The notes under the pieces were generated by a model that was given only the letters and a program-made list of their open reading frames with translations, ran no database searches and was not told the origin of the DNA. From Tricharina praecox (taxonomy: Eukaryota): a stretch of DNA of 64,000 nucleotides. The translations under genes and the position numbers were made by a program. Of this stretch, positions 1 through 12,235 are shown piece by piece. How positions within the stretch are numbered: position 1 is the stretch's first letter; each line of letters begins with the position of its first letter. Location: assembly GCF_024521635.1 (NCBI RefSeq), contig NW_026250417.1, positions 682,001 through 746,000 on the forward strand, read 5' to 3'.

Positions 1-694
1 ACCCATCAGTTTCACGGCATTCCATGCTAGAAGATCGCACATACCCAGCAAGCTCATAATTCCACCTGATATCACTCATAGGCAGGCTTCCGGATGGCGT
101 AGTCATCCTTGCGCTCGTCTTCCTGACCTCACCGTACCTTCCACTCGCAACAATTGCATCGACGACATGCGCAGCCGGATGAAACCTCCAATGAAACGCC
201 TCTACACAGACCCTTTCACACCTGCGTGCCGTCTCAAAGACCACCCTCGCCTCGTCTGCATTCGCGGCCACCGGCTTCTCGAGCAGTACGTGCTTCCCGG
301 CCTCGAGCGCTCTCACCGCCCACTCGCAGTGCATCCCGTTCGGCAGCGAGATGTAAACCGCCTCGATCGCTGGATCGGACAGCAGCGCAGAGTAGCTGCC
401 GTACGCGTGCGGGATGGAGTACTTCTTTGCGTAGGACTCCGCGCTGGATAGGTCGCGAGAGGCGACGCCGTGGATCACTACACCACCGTGGGTTTCCGCT
501 GGGTGGATCAGTGCCGCGGGGTTGATCATCGCCGTCGACAGGATGCCCATGCGGAGGGCGTTCGTGGATTTGGTCGGGTTGGTGTGCGTGCCTGATGCGA
601 GGTATTGGGTTACGAACGTCGAGAGCTGGTGGCAGTTAGCGGCTGTGAGAGTCGAGGAGTAAGAATGCACACGCACCTGCAGTGCCATCGCCAT
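1..694 (-). CDS. Gfo/Idh/MocA family NAD(P)-dependent oxidoreductase (5' part; continues beyond left edge)
   Basis: Not in the ORF track; translated by hand. Exon 694-677 (MAMALQ), intron 676-626 (GTGCGT...GCTAAC...CAG), exon 625-45, then intron from 44 (GTATGT). Product contains ALRMGILSTAMINPAALIHPAETH...AVYISLPNGMHCEWAVRALEAGKHVLLEKPVAANADEA...EAFHWRFHP, including the family-typical GKHVLxEKP motif. Confidence 0.92.
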   Translation of the reverse strand, partial: MAMALQVRVHSYSSTLTAANCHQLSTFVTQYLASGTHTNPTKSTNALRMGILSTAMINPAALIHPAETHGGVVIHGVASRDLSSAESYAKKYSIPHAYGSYSALLSDPAIEAVYISLPNGMHCEWAVRALEAGKHVLLEKPVAANADEARVVFETARRCERVCVEAFHWRFHPAAHVVDAIVASGRYGEVRKTSARMTTPSGSLPMSDIRWNYELAGYVRSSSMECRETDG

Positions 695-2257
695 CTTTGC
701 TGGATGTTTTGCGGTTCGTTTCTCTGGTAGATATGAATTCGGTGGTATGGTATCAAGCGCTGAATTGCGGAGATGGTAGAGAAGGTTGCCCATGGTCGTC
801 AACGAAACATTTCCTTATATATATACTACCTACATATGACGCAACACCTCAACACTGGGATCGAAAAAACAAGCGATTCATTGAATGTCACTCGGTAATC
901 TCGGTTCGCTGCTGCTCTCGGGAGCTAGTTAGCGGCTGCAAGAGTGATCAGGCTGCACACGATAATAAATTTATGTTCTCTCTCCCTCTCTGCAAGAGTG
1001 ATCGGGCTGCCATAGTCTAGAAAGTGTCCTCTAGACTCTCTCTCCCGCAAGAGTAATGCTTCCGAAAAATCACCCAGGAAGCAGGGCATTCACGTCTCTG
1101 TCTCTATCCATATCGATACCGGAACAACTCCCGAATTGACGGTGCGATAACTCCTTATCATATCAAACATCGCCCCGCTGCAGCTGTAATCTCCCATGTC
1201 GCCGGCGCGCCCCCAGACATACGGTAGTTACGCGGAATCATGCTTTGAGTCGACCTTGACGACTTCAGCCACCCAATCATACGCTCGCCAATGGCACGAA
1301 CTCTTCTGCATCGCGCGTCGTGGTTTGTTTACGTTTTGAAACCGTCAAAACCTCCATGATTCGTCGCTGCGGAAAATCAGTGATGAACCTATGGTTTCCC
1401 ACGCAACGGGGCCACACACCATCCCTGTATCGGTAGCTGGTGCAGATGATGCACAGTAAACAAACCCCTCAGGGATGGGGGATAGAGCACAGAGTAACTA
1501 GAGTAGCGGGAGTGGAGCAGGCGCCAACGAGACGAGACGGACGACATCCCTCCCCAACCACAGCCCACCAGCAGCAGGCAAGCAAGCAGGCCAGCCATCC
1601 CATACCATCAAGCATCACCGCCCGCCCACCACCAGGTACTTACACACAGCAAACCGGAATTCGCGGGCACCAAGACCGACTGGACTGGAAGCCTCATCGC
1701 CATCGCCATCGCCTTCGGCATCCCGTGGCGCACCGCGGCTTCTTTAGTTTTTTGTGCTTCCCGCCAGCTAGCCAGCCAGCCACCTCAAAGTTCAGCACTC
1801 CCCCCCCATCATCCACGTTGGGTACAGTAGCCACCACCTCCACCACCACCACCACCACCACCACCCACCACGAAAAAGAGCTCCATCGGCTTTCCCCCGA
1901 GAGGATAACACGCGGTTGATCGAGCTCTTCAGATACTTCTAGGGTACTTTACCAGTTCGCGATTATCACCCCCTCCACGCGATAGCTACACCAAGCACTC
2001 AGCAACACCTTTTTACACCGCGCGAATTCAACACAATAACAATCGGAAATCATTCACCTACACGCGCAATATTATCACTATTTTGCACTGTGAGAAGGTC
2101 TGTGGGAAAGAAAAAAAACATTGCCTTTAGGTTCGCGGGGGCGGAGGACGGGGAACGGAGGTGGAGGGGGGCGGGATACTATCTGTCGTCGCAATGGGGG
2201 GTTTGGTTCTGACTTTCCTGTATTTCTAGGTTCTGTTAGGAAAGGAAAGAGTGAGCG

Positions 2258-5200
2258 ATGTCCTACTCCGAAGAAGACGAAGATGGAGTGCCGTGCAAAA
2301 CGCCCTCACCGCGCTCCTCGGCCTCCCAGGCACCCCCGAACCCCCGCCACAACGCTGACGAGCCGCCGCCACGCATAAACCTCTACACGACGATGCCCTC
2401 GCAGGCCCCGCGCGTCTCGCATCCGTTGAAATGGTTCCGCAAGGACCCCGAGCACAAGCGCGGACGCTCCGAGAGTGCAAAATTCGATATCGGGCCCGCG
2501 CAGGGAGTTTTCGATACGCCGAATGTGAGGGAGCGGGTCAGGCGCTGGCAACAGTCGGGTGGTGGTGTGGTGCTACCAGGGGATCTAATCGAGGTTCCGC
2601 CGATTACGCCGGCGACGCCGACCCCCGGGAGTAGGAGGGGCATGCCGGGGCCGCCGCTGGGGCCGCCGATCGATATGAGTGTCAATGGCATCGCATCGCA
2701 GATGAAGGGGAACATGTCGACGCCGCTTACGCCGCCGAGAATGCCGGCGCTCAGGGATGAATGGGAGACGGCGTCCGAGAGCGAGAAGCAGGCGGAGCGG
2801 TTGCGCACGCGGAGCAAAGACCGAGAGAGGAAGTTGCGGCGGGGCAGGCGCGATAGCGATGCGGGTACTCCGGGTGGGAGCGGGATGGAGAGTGCGGGGG
2901 AGCGACCACCAAGGGTGCAGACGCACAGCCCAGCTTACTACGAAGAAGACGGGATTCGAATTGCTCCTATGAAGCCGAAGCGACGTACGTCTGGCAGTCG
3001 GCGGAAGAAGCGGGAGAGCATCAGGGAGATGCTTCGGGACGAGACCGATGATGGTGGAGTGGCTCTTGGATTACGGGGAAGTGCAAGGGAGGACAGCCAG
3101 GCGCACCAATCCACCCGGCCGGAGCAACCCACAGCAAGAACAGTTTCCGATGTCAAAACTCCGGTTTCCGAACAATTCCCCAAAGCCGCTTGGGAGGATG
3201 ATGGAATCAGGGTCGTACCCATCAGAAAGAAGAGGTCCAAAATCAAGCCTGAACAATCGGTTGGTTTCGATGTTGAAGTCGAATTCTTAAGTCCTGGACC
3301 AGAGCCGGAGCCGGAGCCGTCAGAATCTAGCCGTGTCAAGGTCAAAGCCTGGGACCAAGAGGACGGTATCCGGATATACGCAAGCAAGCCGAGTACACCA
3401 GTAAAGTTTTCGGACCGCAAGAAGTCTGTCCGACAGAGTGCAAAGAGCGTTAGGAGCCGCAGGGAGCAGTTTGAAGCCGACCAACGCAAGGCGCTTGCGG
3501 AAGACAAGGTGTTCGCGCGTATGGTTAGGGACCAAGACGACGGGAATGAAGGAGGAGATGAGGAGGATGATCACTCCATGGCAATTTCCAAAAACGTCAA
3601 GGCACCGACCAGAGACTTTGAACGGGCAGCAATCGAGCCTGCAAGGCACACTATCGACGGCGGTGGCAGGTCTCGCCGAAGCACTATAACTCCCGTGGAG
3701 GACGATAGTGTCAGGTCCCGCCGAAGCACTGCAACTCCCGTGGAGGACGATGGTATCAGGGTGCGACCCATGAAGATGAAGCATAAAAAGAGCTCCGAGA
3801 GGTCAAGATACGACGATTCGGCCGTCGAAGGTTCCAGCGGTTCGAGAACGGCGCTTGCCCCGGTCTTAACGCCTCCACCTATGCTTACGGAATCTGCCCC
3901 CGCCACCCCGACCGGAGCACGTCCTCATCGCGAGCCTGCGCCCCTAGTCATACTTGACGAGCCGGCAATACTGCAAACTCAAGATGAACAGCCAGTTCGG
4001 GTATCACGCTCAGTCAGCAAAAAGCTCAAGAGACAACCTTCCAAAAAGAAGCCGGAGCTATCAGACGACGACAGAGTGCCAGCCAGACAGCCTTCCCAGA
4101 GACGGCAGAGGACAAAGTACAGCCCGTCACGAGACCGGGAGGAACGTCGCGCGGAACGTCGGAAATTGCGGGATAAACTCAAGGAGGACAGTGCAAAGTT
4201 CCAAACGATGGCGACTAGGGCTCGTTCTGCGTCTCCAGCGCCCCCACGACCAGAGAGGGAGCGACTGGACAGGGAACGGCAAGGTAGGGAGCGGTCAGAG
4301 AGGGAAATGTTGGTGGTCCAAGAGATAGTCAGCGAGTCGCCGCCGCCGATAGTCAAGCCAGAACCAATTGTCCACGAACAGCCGCACGTCAAGCATAGCC
4401 CGCCGCCTAAAGAGGAGTCAGCAATCAAGCGGAAACATTCCGTCAAGGAAAAGAAACCTCCGCCTAGAGAGTCACTAGTGAAGGAGCTGTTGTTTCCGAC
4501 AGCCAGGTCGACGACCAAAGAGAAATCGCCTGCAAAGGAATTATCCAGAGAATCACTCAAGCCAGCCGCAAAGGAAGTCACCAGAGAGCATACAGCTGCC
4601 AGGGAGAGGGCACCAGTCAAGGAATCACTCGTGCGGGAACTACTATTCCCATCACTGAAGCCGGTATCTAAAGTTTCCAAAGAAGCTCCGAGAGAACTTC
4701 CTAAACATCCGAGGGAGCCTCCTAAACCTCTCAAAAAGGAGAGCTCTAAAGAGTTTCACAAGCCAGCGTCCAGAGAATCTCTCAAGTCGCCAGCAAAGGA
4801 GGAATTCAAAGAGGCTCCTGAGGCGCCTCGTGAGCCCCGGGAACGCAGGAGGTCCATGTACGAATCGCCTTATTCAGCCTCCGATGGTCTACGCGCTCGA
4901 CGGGAGAGAGCCCTCCGTTCGCGCTCGGTAGCACCGACATCTAGAGAAAGTTTGCCGCATCCAGAAGATAAAGACAAAGACCCTCACAGCAAAACCTCGA
5001 GCCCTCCTCCTGTTAAGGCGTTGGCCAGGCAACGAAGCCGTTCAACTCCTCCCGATTCCCGTTCTGTTCCGTTGGTTCGTGCCCGGAAGGCTAGTCCCCC
5101 TCCGGATACACACCGTGCTTCTACTCGGAAAAAGGAGAAAGAGAAAGAGAAGGAGAAGGAAAAGGAAAAGGAGAAGGAGAAGGAAAAGGAGAAGGAGAAA

Positions 5201-8200
5201 GATAAGTCAATTATTCGGAAGCTGCCTTCAGCAAAGGACTTTATCAAGGCGGTAAAGGAAGAGTTCACTGGAAAATCTGTGCGTTCAGTGCTGGTGGATG
5301 GCGGATACACCAGCTCCTCCTCCGAATCCTCGACTGACAGCTCATCCTCTGACTCGGAGGAGGAGTCGGAAGAGCATGGGGATGCCATTCAGGAACCGGT
5401 TGTCAAGGCGAAAGTAAAGAAGACGGTGAGAATCCAGGAACGGAAGTCGGAAGATGACGAAGACGACGAAGATGAAGACGAATCGTCGACGGAATCTTCA
5501 AGCTCTGATTCAGAAACCGATTCCGATGCCTCTGATACTGTCGAGCCAGTTGCTGCATTGGTGCCAGCGGCGGGTGCGACGTCAGAGCCAGTTCTACCGG
5601 AATCAATCGCAGCTTCTGTACTAGAACCGCTGGTAGTTGCTGCTCCTGCACCAGAACCGCTGGTAGTCGCCGAGCCCGAGCCACCCATAACACCTGCGCC
5701 GGAACCACCAGTACTTCTCGAGCCGGAGCCACTGGTAGTTGCTACGCCAGAACCTACCGCAGTTGCTACGCCGGAACCACCTAAGGCTACCACACCGAAA
5801 CCTACCGCAGTTGCTGCACCGGAACCACTGGTAGTTGCTACGCCGAAACCACTGGCAGTTGCTATGCTGGAACCACCTAAGGCTACCACACCGGAACCTA
5901 CCGCAGCTGTTTCACCGGAGCCGAAGGCAGTCACACCCAAGCCAGAGTCAGTTGTCACATCTGAACCGGTGGCTATTGCCGTGCCCGAGCCACAGGCAGC
6001 CGTACCCAAGTCAAAGCCAGTTGAGCCTGAATCGGAATCTGATGAGGACAAAGACAGCGACGACGATTCTAGCTCAGATTCTTCATCGGAAGAGGAATAT
6101 GAGGAGGCACAATCAAAACCTTCGCCTCCGCTTCCGGAAGAGCCAGTGCCCGTCATCGCTACTCCCACGGTGGAGATGCCATCACTTCCAGAGGAGGAGC
6201 CCGTGATTGCTGTCTCTGTGCCGAAGGTCCAAACTCCACCTCCAAAGGAGCCCGAAGCTGCTATTAACCCGTTGGAGACATTGCCGAAGGACGAAGCAGT
6301 GGAGAAAACAACACTGAAGGACGAGCCTTTGGAGAAAGCACTACTAGAGAAGGAGGTTATCGTTGCGGTACCGGTAGTGAAGACGCCACCTCCGAAGGAA
6401 CCAGTCGTTTCTGTTGAAGCCTCGAAATCGCCAAAGGAGCCTGTGGTTAAGCCGCTAATGACGAAGAAGGAGACCGCGGCTGTCCCCACTGTGAAATCAC
6501 CACTATCGAGAGTGCAAACACCACCGCCAAAGAAAGAGGCCATAGCTGCTGTTCCCACAGTAAAATCACCAAGAGCCATGGGATCTGTAGAAGAGCCACC
6601 CAAGAGGTCCGTCAGAGACCTTGTCAAGCAACTGGAGAGCAAGCCGGACAAATCAGCTAAAGCACCTCCTCCGGAGCCCCTGAGAGATCTGCTGAAAGAG
6701 GTCCCGAGAGAGCTCGATCCAGAACTTCCGAAAGAGCCCGCCAAAGAACTTCAGCATATGGATAACGAGCCTGAGGCTGCTATGAATGAGCTTGAAGTTG
6801 CCGAGAAAGACCCCGCGGGTTCAACGCTGGCGCCAGCTGCGAAGCCCGCGGAACCGGCCAAGGAGGACTCGGAGGAGGTGGCACTGGATCTGGTAGCAGA
6901 ACCGTCGATTGAAGTAGCTCCCCTGGTTCCGAAGCCTCGACCTTCGGAACCTGTCCAAGACCCGGTAAAAGTGTCACCTCAACTCACCCTCGACATTAAT
7001 CTTGGCATTCCCGATGTGGCTCCCCTGCAGTGGCCTTCGGGGCTGGATTCACTGTCTCCAATTCATCGAACGTCTCCCCCGTTGCCGCTGCCGAAACGGA
7101 GCTTGCGAGCTAAACCCGCTCCGCCGCGTCCCAAGAGCGTTCACAGTATCATCACTAGCGATGGCTCTCTTACACCATTGGGCTCAGAGTGCGGGGAGTG
7201 CGATGACTGTACTTCCCCTGTTCGGAATGTTTCAGATGCTTCAACAGTCAAGCCTTTACGGTTCACAAAGGTGAGCAAACCGCAGATGATTGACGTACCC
7301 AAATCGGCAAACTCGGCGTCCAAAATCGAGCTACAGCCGGTAGGCGCGCCTGAAGATTGGTTCAATCCGGAGGTCTCTGCCAAAGGGACTAGCTTGAAAC
7401 GAAAATACACCAAGCATGCAGATTTGATCTCAATCCTTTCGGCTCCCAAGACCAAGAGTGTCCGCTCAGAGGAACGAAGCCGGCGCAGTAAGGGTCGAAA
7501 GCACGTTGATACCATGACGTTTGATGATCTTCTTCAGGAATTTGCGGAGGAAGAGGTGAAGTATATGCGCGAGCTCCGTGCTCTGGTCGAGGATGTAGTT
7601 CCTATATTATTCCAGACGGTATTAGTCCGCGCAGACAACGACCTCCGCCGGTCATCCTCTATCAGTAGTACTGGTACGTCAGCCACCGCTAGCAGCCGCA
7701 GTTCTCGGACTGGATTCTCGTCCAACCCCACGAGGCCGATTGTGGACATGGGGATATCGCTCGAGAGGTTACGGACACTTCACGACAGGATTCCATGCCA
7801 TAGCGCAGACCAGCTTCTCGCATGGGCCGATGATGCGCGGAGAGTGTATGAGGAGTATCTTTCTGTGTGGCGCATGGGGTTCCAGGATGTTGTCGTCAAC
7901 ATGACTCCCGGCCCCGACGAGGAGGAGTACGAGCGAAATGCCAAAGACGCAATCAGAAAAGGCCCCGAAAACGGCAGGGGAGCACAAGGAAATATGCGCT
8001 TTGAGGGAGATCCGACAACGTGGGCTATGCCACCTCCGCCGTCTATGGAAGATGAGATTAAGGATGAAAGAGTCGATGTGGCCTTCCTGCTCAAGCGTCC
8101 GCTGGTGCGTCTGAAGCTGTTGGCGAAGCTTTTCAAGGTATGTTTGTGCTGGTATCCTTCCTTCTTGTCGACTTGGAGGAGCAGGCGAGGCTGGAGTGCC

Positions 8201-11200
8201 GAGGCGTGGACTCGTTTTTCTCGGCGTACACTGCGGCCGAGCCGTTTGGGCGGTCAGTCCATTCTCGGTCAAGACGACATCATCGCCGAGGCCTCAACTT
8301 GTCCCTATGCGAACAATGCAACAGCCATCCTTACACTGTTCTTCAAACTCCCTTCCGTCCAGTTCCTTCCCCTTTCCAGCTCTATCCTCCCCTCCATTCC
8401 TTGTTGGCCCGACCACATACATTTATTCTTTTGCTTTTACCACATACACTCGTTATTTCTTTTAATTCTTTTAATCACGGGCCATCTTTGAAGCACATAG
8501 CTGACTGTTTTCACTTGTTCAAAAGCGAATTGACTACATCAATTCATCTCCGTTGGCCGCGTCACTCTCGACTTCTTTCCACTCTCTCGTCACGATGGCT
8601 CGGAGGAAGATCTCAGAAGAGAAAGCTCGCATTGAAGATGAGGCTGCTGCTTCGCTGGACACTTCGAGAGCCTGCGATATCCACACCTTGCAGCCACGAC
8701 GCGACGTATGCCTCGACCAGAGTCGTCGTGTCAAGGCCCGTGACAGTTTCGCCATGCGCCTCTACCACTCCTCCGAAGAGCTAGTCGAACGAACCATCGA
8801 GCTCATCTTGCGTGATCCCTCACCCAGAAGCAGGTACTCAGAAGGCGAGATCCTGTTTGTTGAGTTTGGGGAGGACGCGACCAAGTGGCTGCTTTTCCCT
8901 CCAGTTCCCATGTCAGCTATCTCGGCTAGGACTGGTGACGCAGCGGGAGAGATCGTCGTCATGGTGCGCGGCACAGATTCTGACTTGCAAGAATGGAGGG
9001 AGGTCATGGCATTAGCTTCGTCTACGGCGGCAGGGTTTGAGTGGGTGCAGATGATGGGTCTCGTGCCTATCCCTCCAGAAGGACCATTCTCAAGGGAGCT
9101 CATACAGCCAGCGTTCCTGGAGACGGTGATCGAAGAGTCCGTTGTGTCTCGTCTGTACCCGCCAGCGCAACCTCGAAAGCGGCAGACGCGATACGCTCCG
9201 CCTCAGCCCAAGGTTAACGTATTCGATTTCCTCGAACCTGAAGCCGAAACCTCCGCGGAGTCAGAGGCTGTTCAAGAGCGCGCGGAGAGCGTGGCAGAAG
9301 TTGATGAAAATAGTGAACCCGAGCCCGAGCGCGAAGCTCCTCCGGTTATTGAGTATCCAGAATGGTTACCCCCGGATTTCTCACTGACGCTTCTCCACCG
9401 CCCCAGTACGTACCAACTCATGGGAGGAGAATTTTTGGTGCCCAACATCGAGTTTAGGGTGGAGCCACAGAACAATACTGCTAAAGACGTCGCTCGCTCG
9501 CCATCGTTACACACTTTGTCGGACGTTGGTCGATCTGACTCTTTTACGCCAAGTACCAAGTCCACCTCAAGCATCCAGCGCTCGCGTAGGGCTAGCCGAC
9601 CGCATTCGAGAAATAAGTTAATTAGCGGGAAGAAGGAGAAAGAAACCGCGGAGGAAGCCAGGCAGCACAATCTGTCTAGGACTCGATCGGTGCATCATCT
9701 CGATGAGGAAGGGAGGTCGTTGTCCCCAACAGCGGGGAGCTCCGCCAACCCCATGGACAATATCCCCAAGCTCTCGCCCAAAAGTGCGACGCCTAGTGCG
9801 AGTGAATCCGAGGGGGATGCGCCACCTCCCGTGCCTCCGCATCGTACACCAACAAATGCTAGCCGTAGCAAGCCCGCGCCGGTAGTCACGTCTCCACGCT
9901 CCGGTAAGGGAGGCTATGGTGGAAGGCGCCGTACTTCGAGTCCACTAAAGCACGAGTACGATCCTTCTTCTGCATCCAACTCTGAAGCTGAGCACGCGGA
10001 ACGTCGCCACTCGGAGGATACCGAGGAATATACTTCGTCTTCGGCATCCGAATCCGAATCCGACGAATCCGACGATGCTGTGTCTTTGTGCTCGGAGGAG
10101 GAAGATGGCGAATATCCCCCGCCGATGATCTCTATTCCAAGACGCCTCTCGAGGCAGCCGTCTGGACAAGTCTCGGTTCCCCGCCAACGATCCACTCCTA
10201 CCACCACCGACGACACAGAAGCAGATGTTTCAGGAAGCTCTACCCCAGTTGGACAGCAAGCGACAACTCCTCCGCGTCCACAGCATGCGCCTCCGCCAGT
10301 CCCGCAGATCGGTAGCAAGTTCAGGGCTTTCCTCTTCACTTGGTCAACCAACCAGTGGCAGAAGATCTCACCCGACGAATGCAAGATTGTGATCACGCCC
10401 GGCCACCTCGAAGCATTTCATTTTGCGGGATCCTCATCGTCATCCCATGGATCATCGATGGGTTCTGGCGGCATGTCAAAGGAGCCATCTTTTTTCGCAT
10501 GTGACCTGAATGCAGCCCTTCCGGTCCGACGTGGTACAGCTGTCGACATTTCGATTCGCACACCCGGCAAGAAAGGTATCAATACTATGCTTCGGTCACG
10601 TTCACCAAATGAATGCGAGATGTTGTTCAACGCAATCAATGCCCATCGTATCATGCCGCACGATTATCAGCATCCTCTTACTAGCACGGTCAGCTCCCTG
10701 GCACTGTCATCGGACATGGGTGCCACTAGCGATGCCTCGACAACAATCGTAGGGGGGAGCATCAAACGTGGATTCGGAGGCTGGTCGAGGTCCAAATCAT
10801 ACCGTGCTGGAGGCGCTTCGAACCCCAGTCTCGTCTCGTCACCGTCCGAGACCAGCATCTCGTCGGCGTTCTCCCGCTTCCGTCCTGGCAAGGTGTTCAA
10901 GAGTTCTCCTCTTGGCTCAGTTGCTTCGAGCTCATCTTCGATGGGTGATAGCTCCCGCGGAGCAACTCCCGTTGGCCTGCCGAAAGTCCCTGGAGTCGAG
11001 AATAGCGTCGTCATGATGTCTCCTATGAAGATTCGTCTGTATCGCCGCGAGAACTCCCAAAAATGGCGCGATCTGGGTAACTCAAGAATCAATGTGTTCA
11101 AGCCGTTAGAGGGACAGAGGGGCCTAGGAATCAAAGAGGACGACAAGCGTGTGGTCATCACCAGCAAGAAGGGCGACAAGGTCCATCTAGACGTTGTCCT

Positions 11201-11461
11201 TGGCGAGTCTGCATTCGAGAGAGTCGCCAGGACCGGCATTGCCATTAGTATTCTTGTCGGAGAGGGCGAGGCGGACGGCACTGGCAAGCCTGGACATGTT
11301 GGTGGAATCGGAGCCAAGAGCACGGTTTACATGATGCAGGCACGTTTCCCTTGTGCTAGTGTTCTATCGAGTTATGTGATACTGACAGGTTTCTGTTACA
11401 GATGAAAGGAGAGGCGGAAGCTGCTTACAGCTTCTCTATCCTCGGAAAATTGCGCTATTAA
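2258..11461 (+). CDS. Giant (~2917 aa) protein: long charged/Pro-rich disordered N-terminus and a probable divergent DH (RhoGEF-like) domain followed by PH-like domains
   Basis: Exons 2258-8137, 8526-11339, 11402-11461. Both introns are phase 0: 8138-8525 (GTATGT...GCTGAC...AAG) and 11340-11401 (GCACGT...ACTGAC...CAG). Splicing joins the two long ORFs and ends ...AYSFSILGKLRY*. The segment LLQEFAEEEVKYMRELRALVEDVVP...FLLKRPLVRLKLLAKLFK resembles DH-domain conserved regions 1 and 3 (inference). Confidence 0.85.
3668..3760 (+). repeat. In-frame 45-bp tandem duplication (RSRRSTxTPVEDDxx twice)
   Basis: AGGTCTCGCCGAAGCACTATAACTCCCGTGGAGGACGATAGTGTC at 3668 and AGGTCCCGCCGAAGCACTGCAACTCCCGTGGAGGACGATGGTATC at 3713. 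Confidence 0.9.
5132..5200 (+). repeat. Coding (Lys-Glu)n repeat
   Basis: AAGGAG/AAAGAG/AAGGAA hexamers encoding KEKEKE... inside the giant protein. Confidence 0.9.
5620..5960 (+). repeat. Coding 24-nt degenerate tandem repeats (PEPLVVAT / PEPTAVAT / PEPPKATT)
   Basis: Repeated CCGGAACCAC/CCAGAACC...GCAGTTGCT/GTAGTTGCT units; approximately 8-aa period visible in the translation. Confidence 0.8.
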
Positions 11462-12235
11462 ATCGATTCATCATTATCAACGCGGGAGTAACTATCATCG
11501 ATGACGTCATAGCTATAATGAACGTGTTACGTTTCTTTCTTAGGTTTGTCATGGGGATTCACTTTTTTGTTTGCTAGCATCGATACCATCATGGAAAAAC
11601 GGGAGCGTGCGAGCGAGGGGAGCGGATGAATTGATTTTGCTGTTCATATTGCGTGCTTGACTGTCTGTGGAGACGGCGTTTTCTTTCTTTTCTGCACTAT
11701 ATCCATCTTGCGTATTCTTACTTGCTGTCTTTACCTGTTTGTTAATTCTCATCGTACGTACATGTAATCACATCTTCTCTTTTCCCCTCCTACGTTCGTC
11801 GTTTTGTATATCAAACGATGCGTAGTGTTTGCCATACCATTCATTCATGGGGAGTTTCAGCGGTTTCCTCTAAATTCGTTTAATGGGGGTTTTTTTCTTT
11901 TTCTTTTCGGAGTTTGGTCTTTTTGAGGTGTTGGTATGGTGGGTTTGGCTGATGGTTTGGTGAATTTCTTCGCTGCGGACTATGGAGTGGGGTGTTTGAT
12001 GGAATGGGTATTTAATGTTCAGTGGAAGGGGTACTTGATAGGAATTGGGGTACTTGATGGAATGGGTTGTATCTGGGGCTATGAGGTTGTATCTGGGGTT
12101 ATGAGAGGTCCGAAGGAGGATGCGGAGGAGAAAATCGTCAATGAGAGATTCGCTTGGAACCAATTCCTTTCCTCCAGACCTAACTGTAAATGGGTACTTG
12201 TCCTTTTTTCTTTCGCCAAGAGCGTAGGTTGTCCC

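Noticed and set aside
154..525. Plus-strand ORFs 154-525 and 167-451
   Set aside because: Antisense shadows of the minus-strand Gfo/Idh/MocA gene.
5389..6744. 451-aa minus-strand ORF and other antisense ORFs over the giant gene
   Set aside because: Ser/Gly-rich mirror translation of the repetitive sense CDS; no independent coding signal.
8138..8525. TPP riboswitch or stwintron in the long intron
   Set aside because: TPP consensus motifs are absent, the host gene is unrelated to thiamine metabolism, and no internal branch-site/acceptor pair was found.
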